From Candidatus Acidiferrum sp. (lineage in GTDB: Bacteria; Acidobacteriota; Terriglobia; Acidiferrales; UBA7541), in NCBI GenBank assembly GCA_035262705.1, contig DATFSI010000009.1:3-64002 (forward strand): DNA of 64,000 nucleotides, read 5' to 3'. This document shows positions 17,750 to 27,456 of the stretch, in pieces; positions within the stretch are counted from its first letter, which is position 1, and every line of letters starts with the position of its first letter. A model generated the notes under the pieces. It was not told the DNA's origin. It worked only from the letters and a program-made list of their open reading frames with translations, and searched no databases. Both the position numbers and the translations under genes were made by a program.

Positions 17750-18838
17750 TTATCGCCCCATTTCGATGGGCCGGTCGTAGCCCGTCATTTCCAGATAGCC
17801 CACGCCGCTCAGGTTTCCTCCTGCCTGTCTGTCGCGAATCGTGATTGCGCCTTCCCAATAATTCGGAGAAGCAGGCCCTCCGCCGGAGAGTTCCTGCGAC
17901 TTCAGGCGTGTCGCGGCTTCGAGTTTCAGTGAGAGCTTTGGAATATCGATGGTCCGTGCGACGGGATATTTAGCGCTTGTTGCGGGGCTGGTCCACGTTT
18001 CCCCTGACGGAGTTAGCCGAAAGTCGGAAGAAGTCAGGTGTTGCGTGCGTCCGCGCGCGTCCACATAAGTGCCCGAGGAGAAGGGATCGAGGGAGCCGTC
18101 TTTGCGGCGGAACTGATAGAGCATGAGTTCGGTGTTGTCAGAGAGCTGGATGCTCAGCCAGTCCCACCCCACTTGTTCCGGTTCCAGTTGATGGGTGAAG
18201 AATTCGTGGTCCATCCAGGAGGTGCCGTTGACGGCCAGCGATTTTCCGCCGAGGTTGATCGTGCCGCTCGTTTTCAGACGCGTGAAGGAAATGTAGTGCG
18301 AAGCGTGCCCGGCTTCCGTGCCTTTTTGGCTGACGCCGTTTTCGCCATGGACCACCGGTGGTTTCTCCGGATGCAGCGTGAATTTCAAAGAAAAACGCTC
18401 GTCCGCGACGGTTAGCGTCATCTCGTCCTTGCCGGTCCAGCGCAACTCCCAATTACCATTCCAGATCCGTTGTTGGTGCGCGTCGATTCCCGCGAGGCCG
18501 GGGCCCGCGCGATTCGTGCGCTCGCTGTGGTAAAAGTTTCCGCCATCGAGATCACTGAGGGCCAGGTGCGCGAGATAAAGATCCTGAATATCCCAGGTGG
18601 CTTTTTTTGTGGCGTCACGTTCCGCGCCCTGACGGAAAAAAGTAAGTTCGAAACCGAAGTGGCGGCCATCGGCGGCGGTCAGGTTTCCCGTGGTGTACCA
18701 CCACTCGGTCTGAAAGTCCTCGTGGTTGAAATGATCGCGGGGAAATTCGTAGCGGTAGCCGGGCAAGGCCGTTTTGTACTGGGCGAAGGCGGAGGGCAGC
18801 GCGGTGAAGAGCAGGACGAAGAGAAGCCTACTCTTCAT
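17750..18838 (-). CDS. Secreted AttH/CrtC-like lipocalin-domain protein
   Basis: Signal peptide, RDHFNH, TEWWY, WMDHEF, YWEG and GYLEMTGY motifs. Confidence 0.82.
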   Translation of the reverse strand: MKSRLLFVLLFTALPSAFAQYKTALPGYRYEFPRDHFNHEDFQTEWWYTTGNLTAADGRHFGFELTFFRQGAERDATKKATWDIQDLYLAHLALSDLDGGNFYHSERTNRAGPGLAGIDAHQQRIWNGNWELRWTGKDEMTLTVADERFSLKFTLHPEKPPVVHGENGVSQKGTEAGHASHYISFTRLKTSGTINLGGKSLAVNGTSWMDHEFFTHQLEPEQVGWDWLSIQLSDNTELMLYQFRRKDGSLDPFSSGTYVDARGRTQHLTSSDFRLTPSGETWTSPATSAKYPVARTIDIPKLSLKLEAATRLKSQELSGGGPASPNYWEGAITIRDRQAGGNLSGVGYLEMTGYDRPIEMGR

Positions 18839-21383
18839 GGATGACCTCCAGCGGATTCAAGCGCACGGCGATGCTGGCTGGATAAAGTCCCGCTACAACT
18901 GTGGCTGTATATACGACGGTCAACGCTCCGAGCAGCACCTCGACAGGCCAGTGAAAACGAATGGTCCAGCCGAAGGATTGTTTGTTGATGACGAAAATGA
19001 GAATCAGCGAAAGAAAATAACCGAGAATAAAACCTGCGAGATTGGCCAGCAGGCCCAGGAGGCCCGCCTCCACCAGGATCATTTTTTGAATCTGGCGGGA
19101 AGCAGCGCCGAGAAAACGAAGCAAGCCCAGTTCGCGGCGGCGATCGATGACCAGCGCCAGGAGCGCTCCCGCGATGCCCATCACCGCCACGATGACGGCC
19201 ACGGCTTCTAGCGCGTAGGTGATGGCAAAGGTGCGGTCAAAAATGCGCACCGCTTCGGCGCGGATTTCACGGTCGGAAAAAATCAGAATGCGATGGCCGG
19301 CGGCCGCTGCAAGGATTTCCCGGTGCACTTCTTCAGCGTTGGCGCCAGGTGCGACAAAGATGGCCAGATTCGTCGGCGCCGCATCCGGCAGGAATTTCAG
19401 GAGCACTTCGCGATCCATCAGGATGTAGCCCCGTTCGCTGCCGTAATCGTAGTGGACATCCACGATGCGGAAATAGGCGCGGGCGGCGCCGAGCGACAAG
19501 GTGATGGTGTCGCCGGTTTTCACGTGATGCTTGTAGGTAAAGGGTTCGCTGACGATGACGTTGTTTTTGCCGCGAAGCTGCTCGAGCACTTCGGAAGCCG
19601 GGCGGCCGGAGAAGAAATCCGATTGGCGGCGGGCACGCCGGGCGGTCAAGTCTACCGCGGCGAGCGTGACGGGCATGCCGTCATAGCTGATTTCGTAGGC
19701 GCGCAGGCGATCTACTTGCGCAACGCCCGGCAGCGTGCGAATTTTCTCGAGCAATTCGGGCGAAAGGGTGGGATGCCGGTCGGCGGCGGGACTTCCCGCC
19801 GGACGAACATACAAATCCGCCGGCAACTGGTTGTTCATCCAGTTCACAACGGTTTGTCGGAAACTGCCGACCATAATGCCGACAGAAACCACCATGGCGA
19901 CGGCTGTGGCCAGCGCGCCAACGAGCACCGAGGTACGTCGCAAGGAGGCAGCGAGGCTGCGCGAGGCCAGCAGCGCCTCTACTCCGAACAATTCTTCCAA
20001 GCTTTTCGCAGCGATTCGCGAAACGATATAGACGAACGCAGGAATGGCATAGGCCGCGGCGACGATCAGGAGAAGCACCGCCAGGTAACCGAACAGGGGC
20101 TTCCCGGCGATGGCCGGCGCTTTTGCGGCAAGCGCGCCCAATACCGCCAGCACCAGCGCGATCGCGAGATCTCGTCCCTTGTGCATTTGCGCGAGATATT
20201 CGCGGCGGCCTTGCGCCATAGCGTCGGTAGGAGAAACTTGCATCGCCTCGCACGCGGGAGAAAATGCGGAGAAGGTTGCGACACCGATGCCGATGGCGAG
20301 CGCAAGAGCAACGGAGTGCGGCGTCAGCTCGATGGCGCCCGGGCGGCTGCTCACATAGAGCGACTCGACCGTCGCGCCCATGAGTTTCACCGCGCCATCG
20401 GCCATTACACGGCCGAGCGGCAGGCCGAGCAAACCACCTGCGAGCCCAAGCCCGGCGGCTTCACCGAGGAATGCAGCCACAACGTCAGTGCGGCTGGCGC
20501 CGAGAGCGCGCACAATGCCGATTTCATTACGGCGACGCACCACGGAAACGGAAATGGTGTTGTAGATGAGAAACGCGCCGACTACTAGAGCGATGTAACT
20601 GAGCAGCCGAAGGTTCCAGCGGAAAGCCTCGAGCATCTTGCGATTTTCCTCGGTGCCTGTTCCTTGCGGGCGGACTTCGATACCCGCCGGCAGAACGCCG
20701 CGCAAACGCTCTTGCCATTCGTCGAGGTTGCCGTCGGGAGGAAGCTTGAGCAGGATGCGGTCGACGCGGCCAAAGCGATTGAGTGCGCGCTGCGCTCCGG
20801 CGATGTCCATCAGGACAGCATGTCCGTTGGCGGAGGTGTCCGGAAAAACGCCGCGAACGATGCAGTCGCGGACCTGATCATTGATTAAGAACGACAGATG
20901 TTCGCCGGGCTTTTTTCCGAGGCCGGCGCTGACCCAGATGCTTTGCGGGTCTTCGAGCATACGTGCAGATTCTTCGCCTGTCAGTTTTTCAAGAGAAGTA
21001 TCCTGAAGCGTGGAGCGTCGGGTTGCGTAACGGCGGCCTTCTGCAATCAAATCGAGGCCAATCAGCGGAAGCGTTTCCTGGGTGCGCAAATCCACGGCGA
21101 AATCTTCCATGCGCGGCGAGAGACGCAGGGGGAAAGGCTGCGTCGCGAGCGTGGCGAGGATGGATTCCGGCACACCGCCGGAGGCCACAATTTCCAGGTC
21201 GTTGTCGCCGGAGAGCGTTTCCATCGAAGAATGGAATGAGCCCGCAGCCGCGCTTCCCGCCAAATCGATGGCCAACACCACGGCCACGCCGAGCGCCACG
21301 GCCAGCACCATCAGCGCAAGGCGCACCGGTTCGTGCAGCAGAGGCCGCACCATTAACCGGTAGAAGAGCTCGAGCCGGACCAT
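18828..21383 (-). CDS. FtsX/MacB-type double-domain ABC permease (AttFG/YbbP-like)
   Basis: Two permease repeats (RRRNEIGIVRALGAS; RRRELGLLRFLGAA) with periplasmic domains; start at MVRLELF. Confidence 0.88.
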   Translation of the reverse strand: MVRLELFYRLMVRPLLHEPVRLALMVLAVALGVAVVLAIDLAGSAAAGSFHSSMETLSGDNDLEIVASGGVPESILATLATQPFPLRLSPRMEDFAVDLRTQETLPLIGLDLIAEGRRYATRRSTLQDTSLEKLTGEESARMLEDPQSIWVSAGLGKKPGEHLSFLINDQVRDCIVRGVFPDTSANGHAVLMDIAGAQRALNRFGRVDRILLKLPPDGNLDEWQERLRGVLPAGIEVRPQGTGTEENRKMLEAFRWNLRLLSYIALVVGAFLIYNTISVSVVRRRNEIGIVRALGASRTDVVAAFLGEAAGLGLAGGLLGLPLGRVMADGAVKLMGATVESLYVSSRPGAIELTPHSVALALAIGIGVATFSAFSPACEAMQVSPTDAMAQGRREYLAQMHKGRDLAIALVLAVLGALAAKAPAIAGKPLFGYLAVLLLIVAAAYAIPAFVYIVSRIAAKSLEELFGVEALLASRSLAASLRRTSVLVGALATAVAMVVSVGIMVGSFRQTVVNWMNNQLPADLYVRPAGSPAADRHPTLSPELLEKIRTLPGVAQVDRLRAYEISYDGMPVTLAAVDLTARRARRQSDFFSGRPASEVLEQLRGKNNVIVSEPFTYKHHVKTGDTITLSLGAARAYFRIVDVHYDYGSERGYILMDREVLLKFLPDAAPTNLAIFVAPGANAEEVHREILAAAAGHRILIFSDREIRAEAVRIFDRTFAITYALEAVAVIVAVMGIAGALLALVIDRRRELGLLRFLGAASRQIQKMILVEAGLLGLLANLAGFILGYFLSLILIFVINKQSFGWTIRFHWPVEVLLGALTVVYTATVVAGLYPASIAVRLNPLEVIHEE

Positions 21384-21384
21384 G

Positions 21385-22062
21385 TCAGCGCCGCGTGACT
21401 TCGGCGATTCGGCCATCGCGCAAGACCACCAACGTGTCGGCCACGGCAGCGGCTTCGTGGCTGTGCGTGGCCATGATGGTAGCGGTTTTCCGTTCACGGG
21501 TCAGGCGCAGTAGCAAATCCAGAATCACCGTGCCGGTGGTGGTGTCGAGATTGCCGGTGGGTTCATCGGCAAGCAGAATGCGGGGAGCATGCACCAGCGC
21601 GCGGGCAATCGCCACGCGCTGCATCTGGCCGCCGGAAAGCTGATGCGGATAACGCTCGCCGAGGCCGTCGAGTTCCACCCAATGCAATCGCTCGAGCGCG
21701 ATTTCAAGCGCGCCTGGCTTTCCCGCGAGAAGTAAGGGGAGCTCGACGTTTTCCTGGACGGTGAGCGTGTGCAGAAGCTGAAAGGATTGGAAGATGAAGC
21801 CGACTTTTTCACGGCGTAATGCGGTCTGCTGCGCGTCGCTCAAGCCGGATGTGGCAAGGCCTTCGATCGACACCGTGCCGAAGGTAGGAAAGTCCATCGC
21901 GCCTGCAAGATGCAGCAGTGTGGATTTGCCGCAACCGCTGCGGCCTACGAGCGCGACGAATTCACCTTCGGCCACGTCGAGCGAAACATTTTCGAGCGCG
22001 CGCACGCTCTGGCCATCCGTGGAGTATTCCTTGCAGACCGATTGCAGAGAGAGGATCGCCAT
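21385..22062 (-). CDS. ABC transporter ATP-binding protein (LolD/MacB/AttE-like)
   Basis: Walker A GRSGCGKS, LSGGQMQR, ILLADEPTGNLD, MATH. Confidence 0.93.
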   Translation of the reverse strand: MAILSLQSVCKEYSTDGQSVRALENVSLDVAEGEFVALVGRSGCGKSTLLHLAGAMDFPTFGTVSIEGLATSGLSDAQQTALRREKVGFIFQSFQLLHTLTVQENVELPLLLAGKPGALEIALERLHWVELDGLGERYPHQLSGGQMQRVAIARALVHAPRILLADEPTGNLDTTTGTVILDLLLRLTRERKTATIMATHSHEAAAVADTLVVLRDGRIAEVTRR

Positions 22063-22066
22063 GTGC

Positions 22067-24013
22067 TTACTGCAACAAGAACACGCTGATGCTTTCGGCC
22101 GGGAGACGCAGCTTCATCGTATTGCCATCTAGTTCAGCCTGGCCCGCGCCAAGCAAGGGGGCGACGCCGCCAGACTTTTCGGCGGGAGTCTCCCGCAATG
22201 GGAGTGAGATTTCCCGCGCCGCGCCTCCGGCGTGAAAAGCCACCAGGACTTTGTCTTCTTCGGTCTCGCGCAGAAAGACGTAGGTCGTGTCGTCCGAGGC
22301 CAGGCTCCAGAGCTTGCCGCGGCGCAGCGCGGGATGTTGCGCACGCAAAAGCAGCAGCGATTTCACAAATTCATGAATCTCCTGCTGCTCGGGAGTGCGG
22401 CCCTGTTTCTGGAAGGCGCTGCGGGGATCCTCGGTCCAGCCACCGGGAAAATCGCGCCGGTTATCGGGATCCTCGCCTCCCGGCATTCCCAGTTCGTCCC
22501 CGTAGTAGATTTCGGGGATGCCGCGCACCATGCAGATCAGGCCGAAGGCGAGTTTCAAGCGCGCAGGCGTTCCCTGGGACATGCCGGCAAAACGTTTCGT
22601 GTCGTGATTGTCAAAAAAGGGCACGAGAAAATCCGGATGCGGATAAAGAGAATCCTCGCGCACGACGTTGGCGATTTTTCCCACCGGCGCGCCGTTCAAC
22701 AGAACATCGCGTGAGGTGAAATAGAGAGGAAAATCGAAAAGCGTGGTGAGTTGCGTGTCTACGCCGTCCCATCCCGTTTTTCCACCCTGAAAAAAAGAAG
22801 TGACCGTGGGATCAGGATGGAAGACTTCGCCTATGGTGGAAAGGCGTGGATAGATTTTGCGCAGCGCCGTGTGCCACTGCTGCCAGAAAGTGCGTGAAAC
22901 GTACGGGAAAGTGTCGATGCGGTAGCCATCGAGGCCGGATACCTCCGCCCACCAGATGCTGTTTTGCGCCAAGTATTGCGCGACCATGGGATTTTCCGTG
23001 TTCATGTCGGGCAGGATTCCCGCGAACCAGCCGTCGATCAGGCTGCGGCGCAACCGTGGCGGCGTGTGCGGGTCGGCCAGCGCTTCGAACGCGTCGTTGG
23101 TAATTTCCTTTTTTTCCGGCTGGCCGTAGAACGGCGGCTTGACGCCCGACTCGGCTCTCAGGTGATGCTCCGGCGTGCCGTGGAACCAATCCGGCATCGG
23201 CGGATGCGCGACCCAGGGATGCCGGGGGCCGACGTGATTCGGCACCACGTCGAAGAGAATCTTCATGTGCTGCTTGTGCGCCGCCTGCACGAGTTCCTGA
23301 TAATCGGCGAGCGAGCCGAGGTGCGGATCGACGGCGTACAAATCCACAGCGCCGTAGCCGTGATAGCTTTGCGCGTCGCCATTCTTTACCACCGGCGTCA
23401 GCCACAGCGTGGTTACGCCGAGATCTTTCAGATAATCGAGATGCTGCTCGATGCCGCGCAGGTCGCCGCCGTGATAAGCGCGCGGCTTGCCGCGATAGTG
23501 CGAGCCGGGAAATTCCGCGGGCTCATCGTTGAGCGGATCGCCATTGGCAAAACGGTCGGGCATGATCAGGTAAATCACGTCGTCGAGCGTCAGTCCCTGA
23601 TTGCGGCCGAGAATTTGCGAGCGCGCGGCAATCGGCAGTTCGAAAGAAGTCTGGCCGTTCGTGGTGGTGATGCGGCAGATGACGGTGCCGCGGCGGAGCT
23701 CAGGCGCGAATTTCAGCCAGAGGAAGAGGTAATCGCCGTCAGCGGAGGATTGCGTGCGGCCAACGGTGACCTCTGGGAGGTTGCAACTGGCATGCGTTGC
23801 CTCCAGGTTTTTGCCGGAAAGCAGCAGCATCAGGTCCGGCGTCAGGCCCACCCACCAGTTTGGAGGTTCCACTTTTTTGACGACGGGGGCGTTGGGATTG
23901 GTGGATTCCTGGGCGCGGAGCGTTGCGCTCCCGATCCGCATGGCAAGCGCAAGCTGAGCGCAAGTCCAGAAAAGCCAAATACAGTACAAAAGATTTGGTT
24001 TAAGTTTCATCAT
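22067..24013 (-). CDS. Secreted GH13 cyclomaltodextrinase/neopullulanase-like alpha-amylase
   Basis: KKVEPPNWW N-domain, IYLIMPDRFANGD, YHGY, DVVPNH, GYRIDTF, GEVF, FFDNHD; start at MMKLKP overlaps the upstream stop (TGATG). Confidence 0.9.
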   Translation of the reverse strand: MMKLKPNLLYCIWLFWTCAQLALAMRIGSATLRAQESTNPNAPVVKKVEPPNWWVGLTPDLMLLLSGKNLEATHASCNLPEVTVGRTQSSADGDYLFLWLKFAPELRRGTVICRITTTNGQTSFELPIAARSQILGRNQGLTLDDVIYLIMPDRFANGDPLNDEPAEFPGSHYRGKPRAYHGGDLRGIEQHLDYLKDLGVTTLWLTPVVKNGDAQSYHGYGAVDLYAVDPHLGSLADYQELVQAAHKQHMKILFDVVPNHVGPRHPWVAHPPMPDWFHGTPEHHLRAESGVKPPFYGQPEKKEITNDAFEALADPHTPPRLRRSLIDGWFAGILPDMNTENPMVAQYLAQNSIWWAEVSGLDGYRIDTFPYVSRTFWQQWHTALRKIYPRLSTIGEVFHPDPTVTSFFQGGKTGWDGVDTQLTTLFDFPLYFTSRDVLLNGAPVGKIANVVREDSLYPHPDFLVPFFDNHDTKRFAGMSQGTPARLKLAFGLICMVRGIPEIYYGDELGMPGGEDPDNRRDFPGGWTEDPRSAFQKQGRTPEQQEIHEFVKSLLLLRAQHPALRRGKLWSLASDDTTYVFLRETEEDKVLVAFHAGGAAREISLPLRETPAEKSGGVAPLLGAGQAELDGNTMKLRLPAESISVFLLQ

Positions 24014-24675
24014 CAGCTTTCTCGGAACACCAGATGGCCAAACGCGGCGGGCACATGAAAATTGGGCTCGGGCGTCATCGTAGGGCTCCATGCCCCGTAA
24101 AAGCGAGGTTCCGCGCGGCCCTCTACGCGAAAAAAATTGGCGCGCCATGGCTTTTGCGGATCGAAAGCGGGCGTCAGGTTACGCATGGGAATGATGAGTT
24201 CCGCGGTGCAGCTCTTCGCTTGTGTATCTTGCCCCACGCGGCGGCGTAATCCGCTGCGCATCTCCTCTTTTTCGCCGTGCGAGATGTTCAGGTCGATCCA
24301 GTAGCCGTTGGGCGCTACTTCCAATTCCTTATATATAAGAGGGTCGGAGTCATCTGGTTGCAAAAAGGCTTCGGCGACGTCGCGTTCCCAGAGTCGGTCG
24401 CGCCAGCCATCGGGCCGCGCGTCTGGAAATACATTTAATTCGCGAAACTTAGCGACAAATCGAATGAAGAGCGTTTCCGGATTCCACAGTAAGCGCACTT
24501 CGGTCGAACATTCGGGGTCAGCGTTTGCTCCCCGCCAGTCGCGATCGAAGCGAATTGCAGAGGCCTGTTCCCAGCAAATGGCTTGGGGAAAGCCTTCCGC
24601 GGCAACATTTTCGGGCGACCGCAACGCGTAGGCGGTCGGCAGGTGAAGGAAGGGGGAGACCGAGGCAGAACCCAT
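24013..24675 (-). CDS. Carbohydrate-binding family 9-like (DOMON-like) protein (start uncertain: 24675 or 24699)
   Basis: TEVRLLW, LWERDVAEAFL, YKELEVAPNG..DL, WRANFFR, WSPT..NFHVP.AFG pattern typical of CBM9-like proteins. Confidence 0.72.
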   Translation of the reverse strand: MGSASVSPFLHLPTAYALRSPENVAAEGFPQAICWEQASAIRFDRDWRGANADPECSTEVRLLWNPETLFIRFVAKFRELNVFPDARPDGWRDRLWERDVAEAFLQPDDSDPLIYKELEVAPNGYWIDLNISHGEKEEMRSGLRRRVGQDTQAKSCTAELIIPMRNLTPAFDPQKPWRANFFRVEGRAEPRFYGAWSPTMTPEPNFHVPAAFGHLVFRES

Positions 24676-25087
24676 GGCCTGGCTAGTGTATTCCAGCATT
24701 GGCGCGGCAGTCACGACGGGTGTGAGAAATGTCGGCGCGCCGACATTTAAAGTAAAACCCGAAGATTGTTCGAATGGCCCAAAATGGAATTGCCGCTGAA
24801 ACCATAGTACATAGCTGCGCCGGAGTGGATCCTGATGCCGAAATACAGCCGGCAAGGTGCCGGCACTACCAATTGCCGGCTGCCGACACTTCAAGTTTTA
24901 CCCAAAAGTTGTTCGAATCGCTGCTCAAAACGCTCCGAAAAATCTCGACCGAACCCGGCTATTTGGCCAGCAGACTGATTGCGCACGTGGCTTGCACGCT
25001 CCGCGGGGCGGCGGCGAAACGCGTGCTACCATGCGCCTTAGCTCGAAATTCGGCTCATTTCCGGCCCACCCGAGAAGGAGAAACACC

Positions 25088-25933
25088 GTGGAATTCCAAC
25101 GCAGTTCCGGTTCCGTGGCCGTTCGCGGCGTCGACGTTCGCACGGAACCCACGCGCCGGCAACCCTCCGATTTCCAGTTCGTGAAGATGCAGGTGAGCGG
25201 GGGCGTGGCACGTATGACGCTGAACCGCGCGGAGCACAACCTGCTGAACGAAAACTTCCTGCGCGAACTGGCCGACGGGATCGCGTACGCCGGCGATCAC
25301 CAGGACGTGAAGCTGATCGTGCTGGATTCCGCGTGCAAGGTTTTCTGCGGCGGCATTGACGTGGGCGAATACACGTCGGAGCGCGTGTTTCAGATGATTG
25401 ATGCGTTCCACGCGGTGTTTAATGGAATGCTGGAGACGTCGAAGCCGGTGCTGTGCGTGGTGAACGGGCCTGCGATTGGCGGCGGCGCAGAGCTGGCTGC
25501 ATTCGGCGATATGGTGATCGCGACACCGAAGGCGCGGTTTGCGCAGCCGGAGATTACCATCGGGGTGTTTCCGCCACTGGCGTCCACGATTCTGCCGTTC
25601 CTCGTCGGGCCGAAGCTGGCGCTGGAGCTGGTGCTGCTGGGCGAGCCGGCGACCGCGGAGCGGGCAATGGAACTTGGCATCGTGAACCGCCTGGTGCCCG
25701 AGGCGCAGCTCGAGTCCACTGTAAATGATATTTGTGCGCGCATCAGCGGGCATTCCGGGCCTGTACTGACCATGGCGAAAAAAGCGATTCTCGGCGGCAT
25801 GGGCCTTTCTCTGCGCGACGGTTTGAAGAATTCCATGAACATTTTCCTCAACGAGCTCTATCGACTGGAAGATTCGCAGGAAGGTCTTCGCGCGCTGGTG
25901 GAAAAACGCAAGCCGAACTGGAAGAACCGCTAG
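25088..25933 (+). CDS. Enoyl-CoA hydratase/isomerase, resembling cyclohexadienecarbonyl-CoA hydratase (start uncertain)
   Basis: FCGGIDV oxyanion motif, GGGAE and QPEITIGVFPP with both crotonase glutamates, EGLRALVEKRKPNW C-terminus. Confidence 0.85.
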   Translation: MEFQRSSGSVAVRGVDVRTEPTRRQPSDFQFVKMQVSGGVARMTLNRAEHNLLNENFLRELADGIAYAGDHQDVKLIVLDSACKVFCGGIDVGEYTSERVFQMIDAFHAVFNGMLETSKPVLCVVNGPAIGGGAELAAFGDMVIATPKARFAQPEITIGVFPPLASTILPFLVGPKLALELVLLGEPATAERAMELGIVNRLVPEAQLESTVNDICARISGHSGPVLTMAKKAILGGMGLSLRDGLKNSMNIFLNELYRLEDSQEGLRALVEKRKPNWKNR

Positions 25934-26135
25934 CTTCTTCCCGGCAATCTTCAAAGCCCTGCGCGCCCCATGCTTTTCCTCAAAAAGCAAGCCGCATTTA
26001 GTTACGTTCAGGTTTCGCGCGAAGGTGACTTAACAAACATCGATCAAGTGGTAGCAAATCGAGAAGGACTTAACTGATTTTGCGACAATAGCCATGAACG
26101 GAATGAAAATTCGATCGGCAGCGATTGCCGTTTGA

Positions 26136-26164
26136 TTGACACGTTTCATCGTGGGCCGTAAACT
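26136..26164 (+). promoter_or_regulatory. Sigma70-type promoter upstream of first cobalamin riboswitch
   Basis: TTGACA-N17-TAAACT. Confidence 0.7.
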
Positions 26165-26182
26165 CGAAGGGAAATCCAACAG

Positions 26183-26275
26183 GCCAGGAAAGTGGGGAAG
26201 GCCGTGTAAATCGGCCGCGGTCCCGCCACTGTAATCGGCTTCAACGCCGAGAGCCAGGCTACCCTTCCTCGCCGT
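26183..26275 (+). ncRNA. Cobalamin riboswitch, short class II type
   Basis: GGGAAG-GCCGTGTAAATCGGC (T-loop stem)-CGCGGTCCCGCCACTGTAA-TCGGC..GCCGA-GAGCCAGGCTACC; directly upstream of btuFCD; ends approximate. Confidence 0.82.
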
Positions 26276-26318
26276 CGTGGTTGGGCTACTTCGCGAGAGA
26301 GTACGCCTCCCGTATGCG

Positions 26319-26346
26319 CCCGGCTTTTCGCCGGGTTTTTCATTTT
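26319..26346 (+). terminator. Intrinsic terminator of riboswitch expression platform
   Basis: CCCGGC-TTTTC-GCCGGG followed by TTTTTCATTTT, between aptamer and btuF. Confidence 0.7.
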
Positions 26347-26379
26347 CCATTCTCGCGGAATTCGCCACAGGGGAGATTC

Positions 26380-27456
26380 TTGCAACAAGGTCAGCCCAAA
26401 TTTGCGCATTACGCAAGGCTTCTCCTGTTCTTTGCGTTGGGTTGGACGGTGTTTCCGTTGCACGCACAATCGGCGGCGCCGCCAGCAACACCGCCGGCAA
26501 TGCGCGAGGTGGTGGACGAGTTCGGCCGCACAGTGCGCATTCCGCAGCTACCGCAGCGCATCGTTTCGCTGGCGCCCAGCCTGACGGAGACTCTCTACGC
26601 GCTGGGCGTGCAGGACCGCCTTGTGGGCGATACGGATTATTGCGATTATCCCGCCGACGCGCAAAAGAAAAAGAAGGTCGGCGGCGTGATTAATCCGAAT
26701 CTTGAGGAGATCGCCGCTCTGCATCCGGACTTGGTGCTGGTGACCAGGGAAGGCAACCGTGCGGACACGGTGCGCGCGCTGGATACGCTGGGTATCCCGA
26801 CGTATGCGACGCAGGCGCGGAATGTGAACGAAGTGCTGACGACCACGCAAAAGCTGGCGAATCTGCTGGGCGTGCCGGAAGCGGGAAGCTCCTTGACGGG
26901 CGACCTGCAAGCGCGGCTGGACGCTCTGCACGGGAAGCTGGATGTGATTCCTCCAACCCGTGCGCTTTTTATTGTGTGGACCGAGCCGCTGATATCCGTC
27001 GGCAAAGATACCTTTGTCGCCGACGCGATGCGGCTTGCCGACGCGACCAGCATCGTGGACGCCAAGCAGGACTGGCCGCAGATGAGCCTGGAGGAAATCG
27101 CAAAGCTGCAGCCGGAGTATCTGGTGTTTGCCGCCGGGCATTTTGAGGAGGGCACGCGCAATTTCGAAGCACTGGCGGACCGGCCCGGATGGCGTATTTT
27201 GGATGCGGTGCGCCAGCGGCGATTCGCGGTGGTCAGCGAGGCGGTGATTCGGCCCTCTCCGCGCATCGTTTCGGCCATCGAAGACCTTGCGCGCCAACTG
27301 CATCCCGCGGCGTTTCAGGAAACGCCCGCGCCGAATAGTCCGGGCGCTCCCGCTCCTCCTACGCCGCCCGGTGCAAAACCGCTGACAAGCACTCGCGCAG
27401 CCCGCATGGCCCTCAACACTCAAATTGAGATACAGGAGCTGGCATGCGCCCGCTGA
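26380..27456 (+). CDS. btuF: Cobalamin-binding periplasmic protein (start uncertain; TTG after GGGGAG)
   Basis: VVDEFGRTV..PQRIVSLAPSLTETLYALG..VGDTDYCDYP, NLEEIAALHPDLV, RPSPRI; downstream of a B12 riboswitch. Confidence 0.85.
   Translation: MQQGQPKFAHYARLLLFFALGWTVFPLHAQSAAPPATPPAMREVVDEFGRTVRIPQLPQRIVSLAPSLTETLYALGVQDRLVGDTDYCDYPADAQKKKKVGGVINPNLEEIAALHPDLVLVTREGNRADTVRALDTLGIPTYATQARNVNEVLTTTQKLANLLGVPEAGSSLTGDLQARLDALHGKLDVIPPTRALFIVWTEPLISVGKDTFVADAMRLADATSIVDAKQDWPQMSLEEIAKLQPEYLVFAAGHFEEGTRNFEALADRPGWRILDAVRQRRFAVVSEAVIRPSPRIVSAIEDLARQLHPAAFQETPAPNSPGAPAPPTPPGAKPLTSTRAARMALNTQIEIQELACAR

Noticed and set aside
26020-26075. Direct repeat GACTTAAC twice upstream of the riboswitch promoter
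   Set aside because: Only 8 bp, two copies, no cognate regulator; could be chance.
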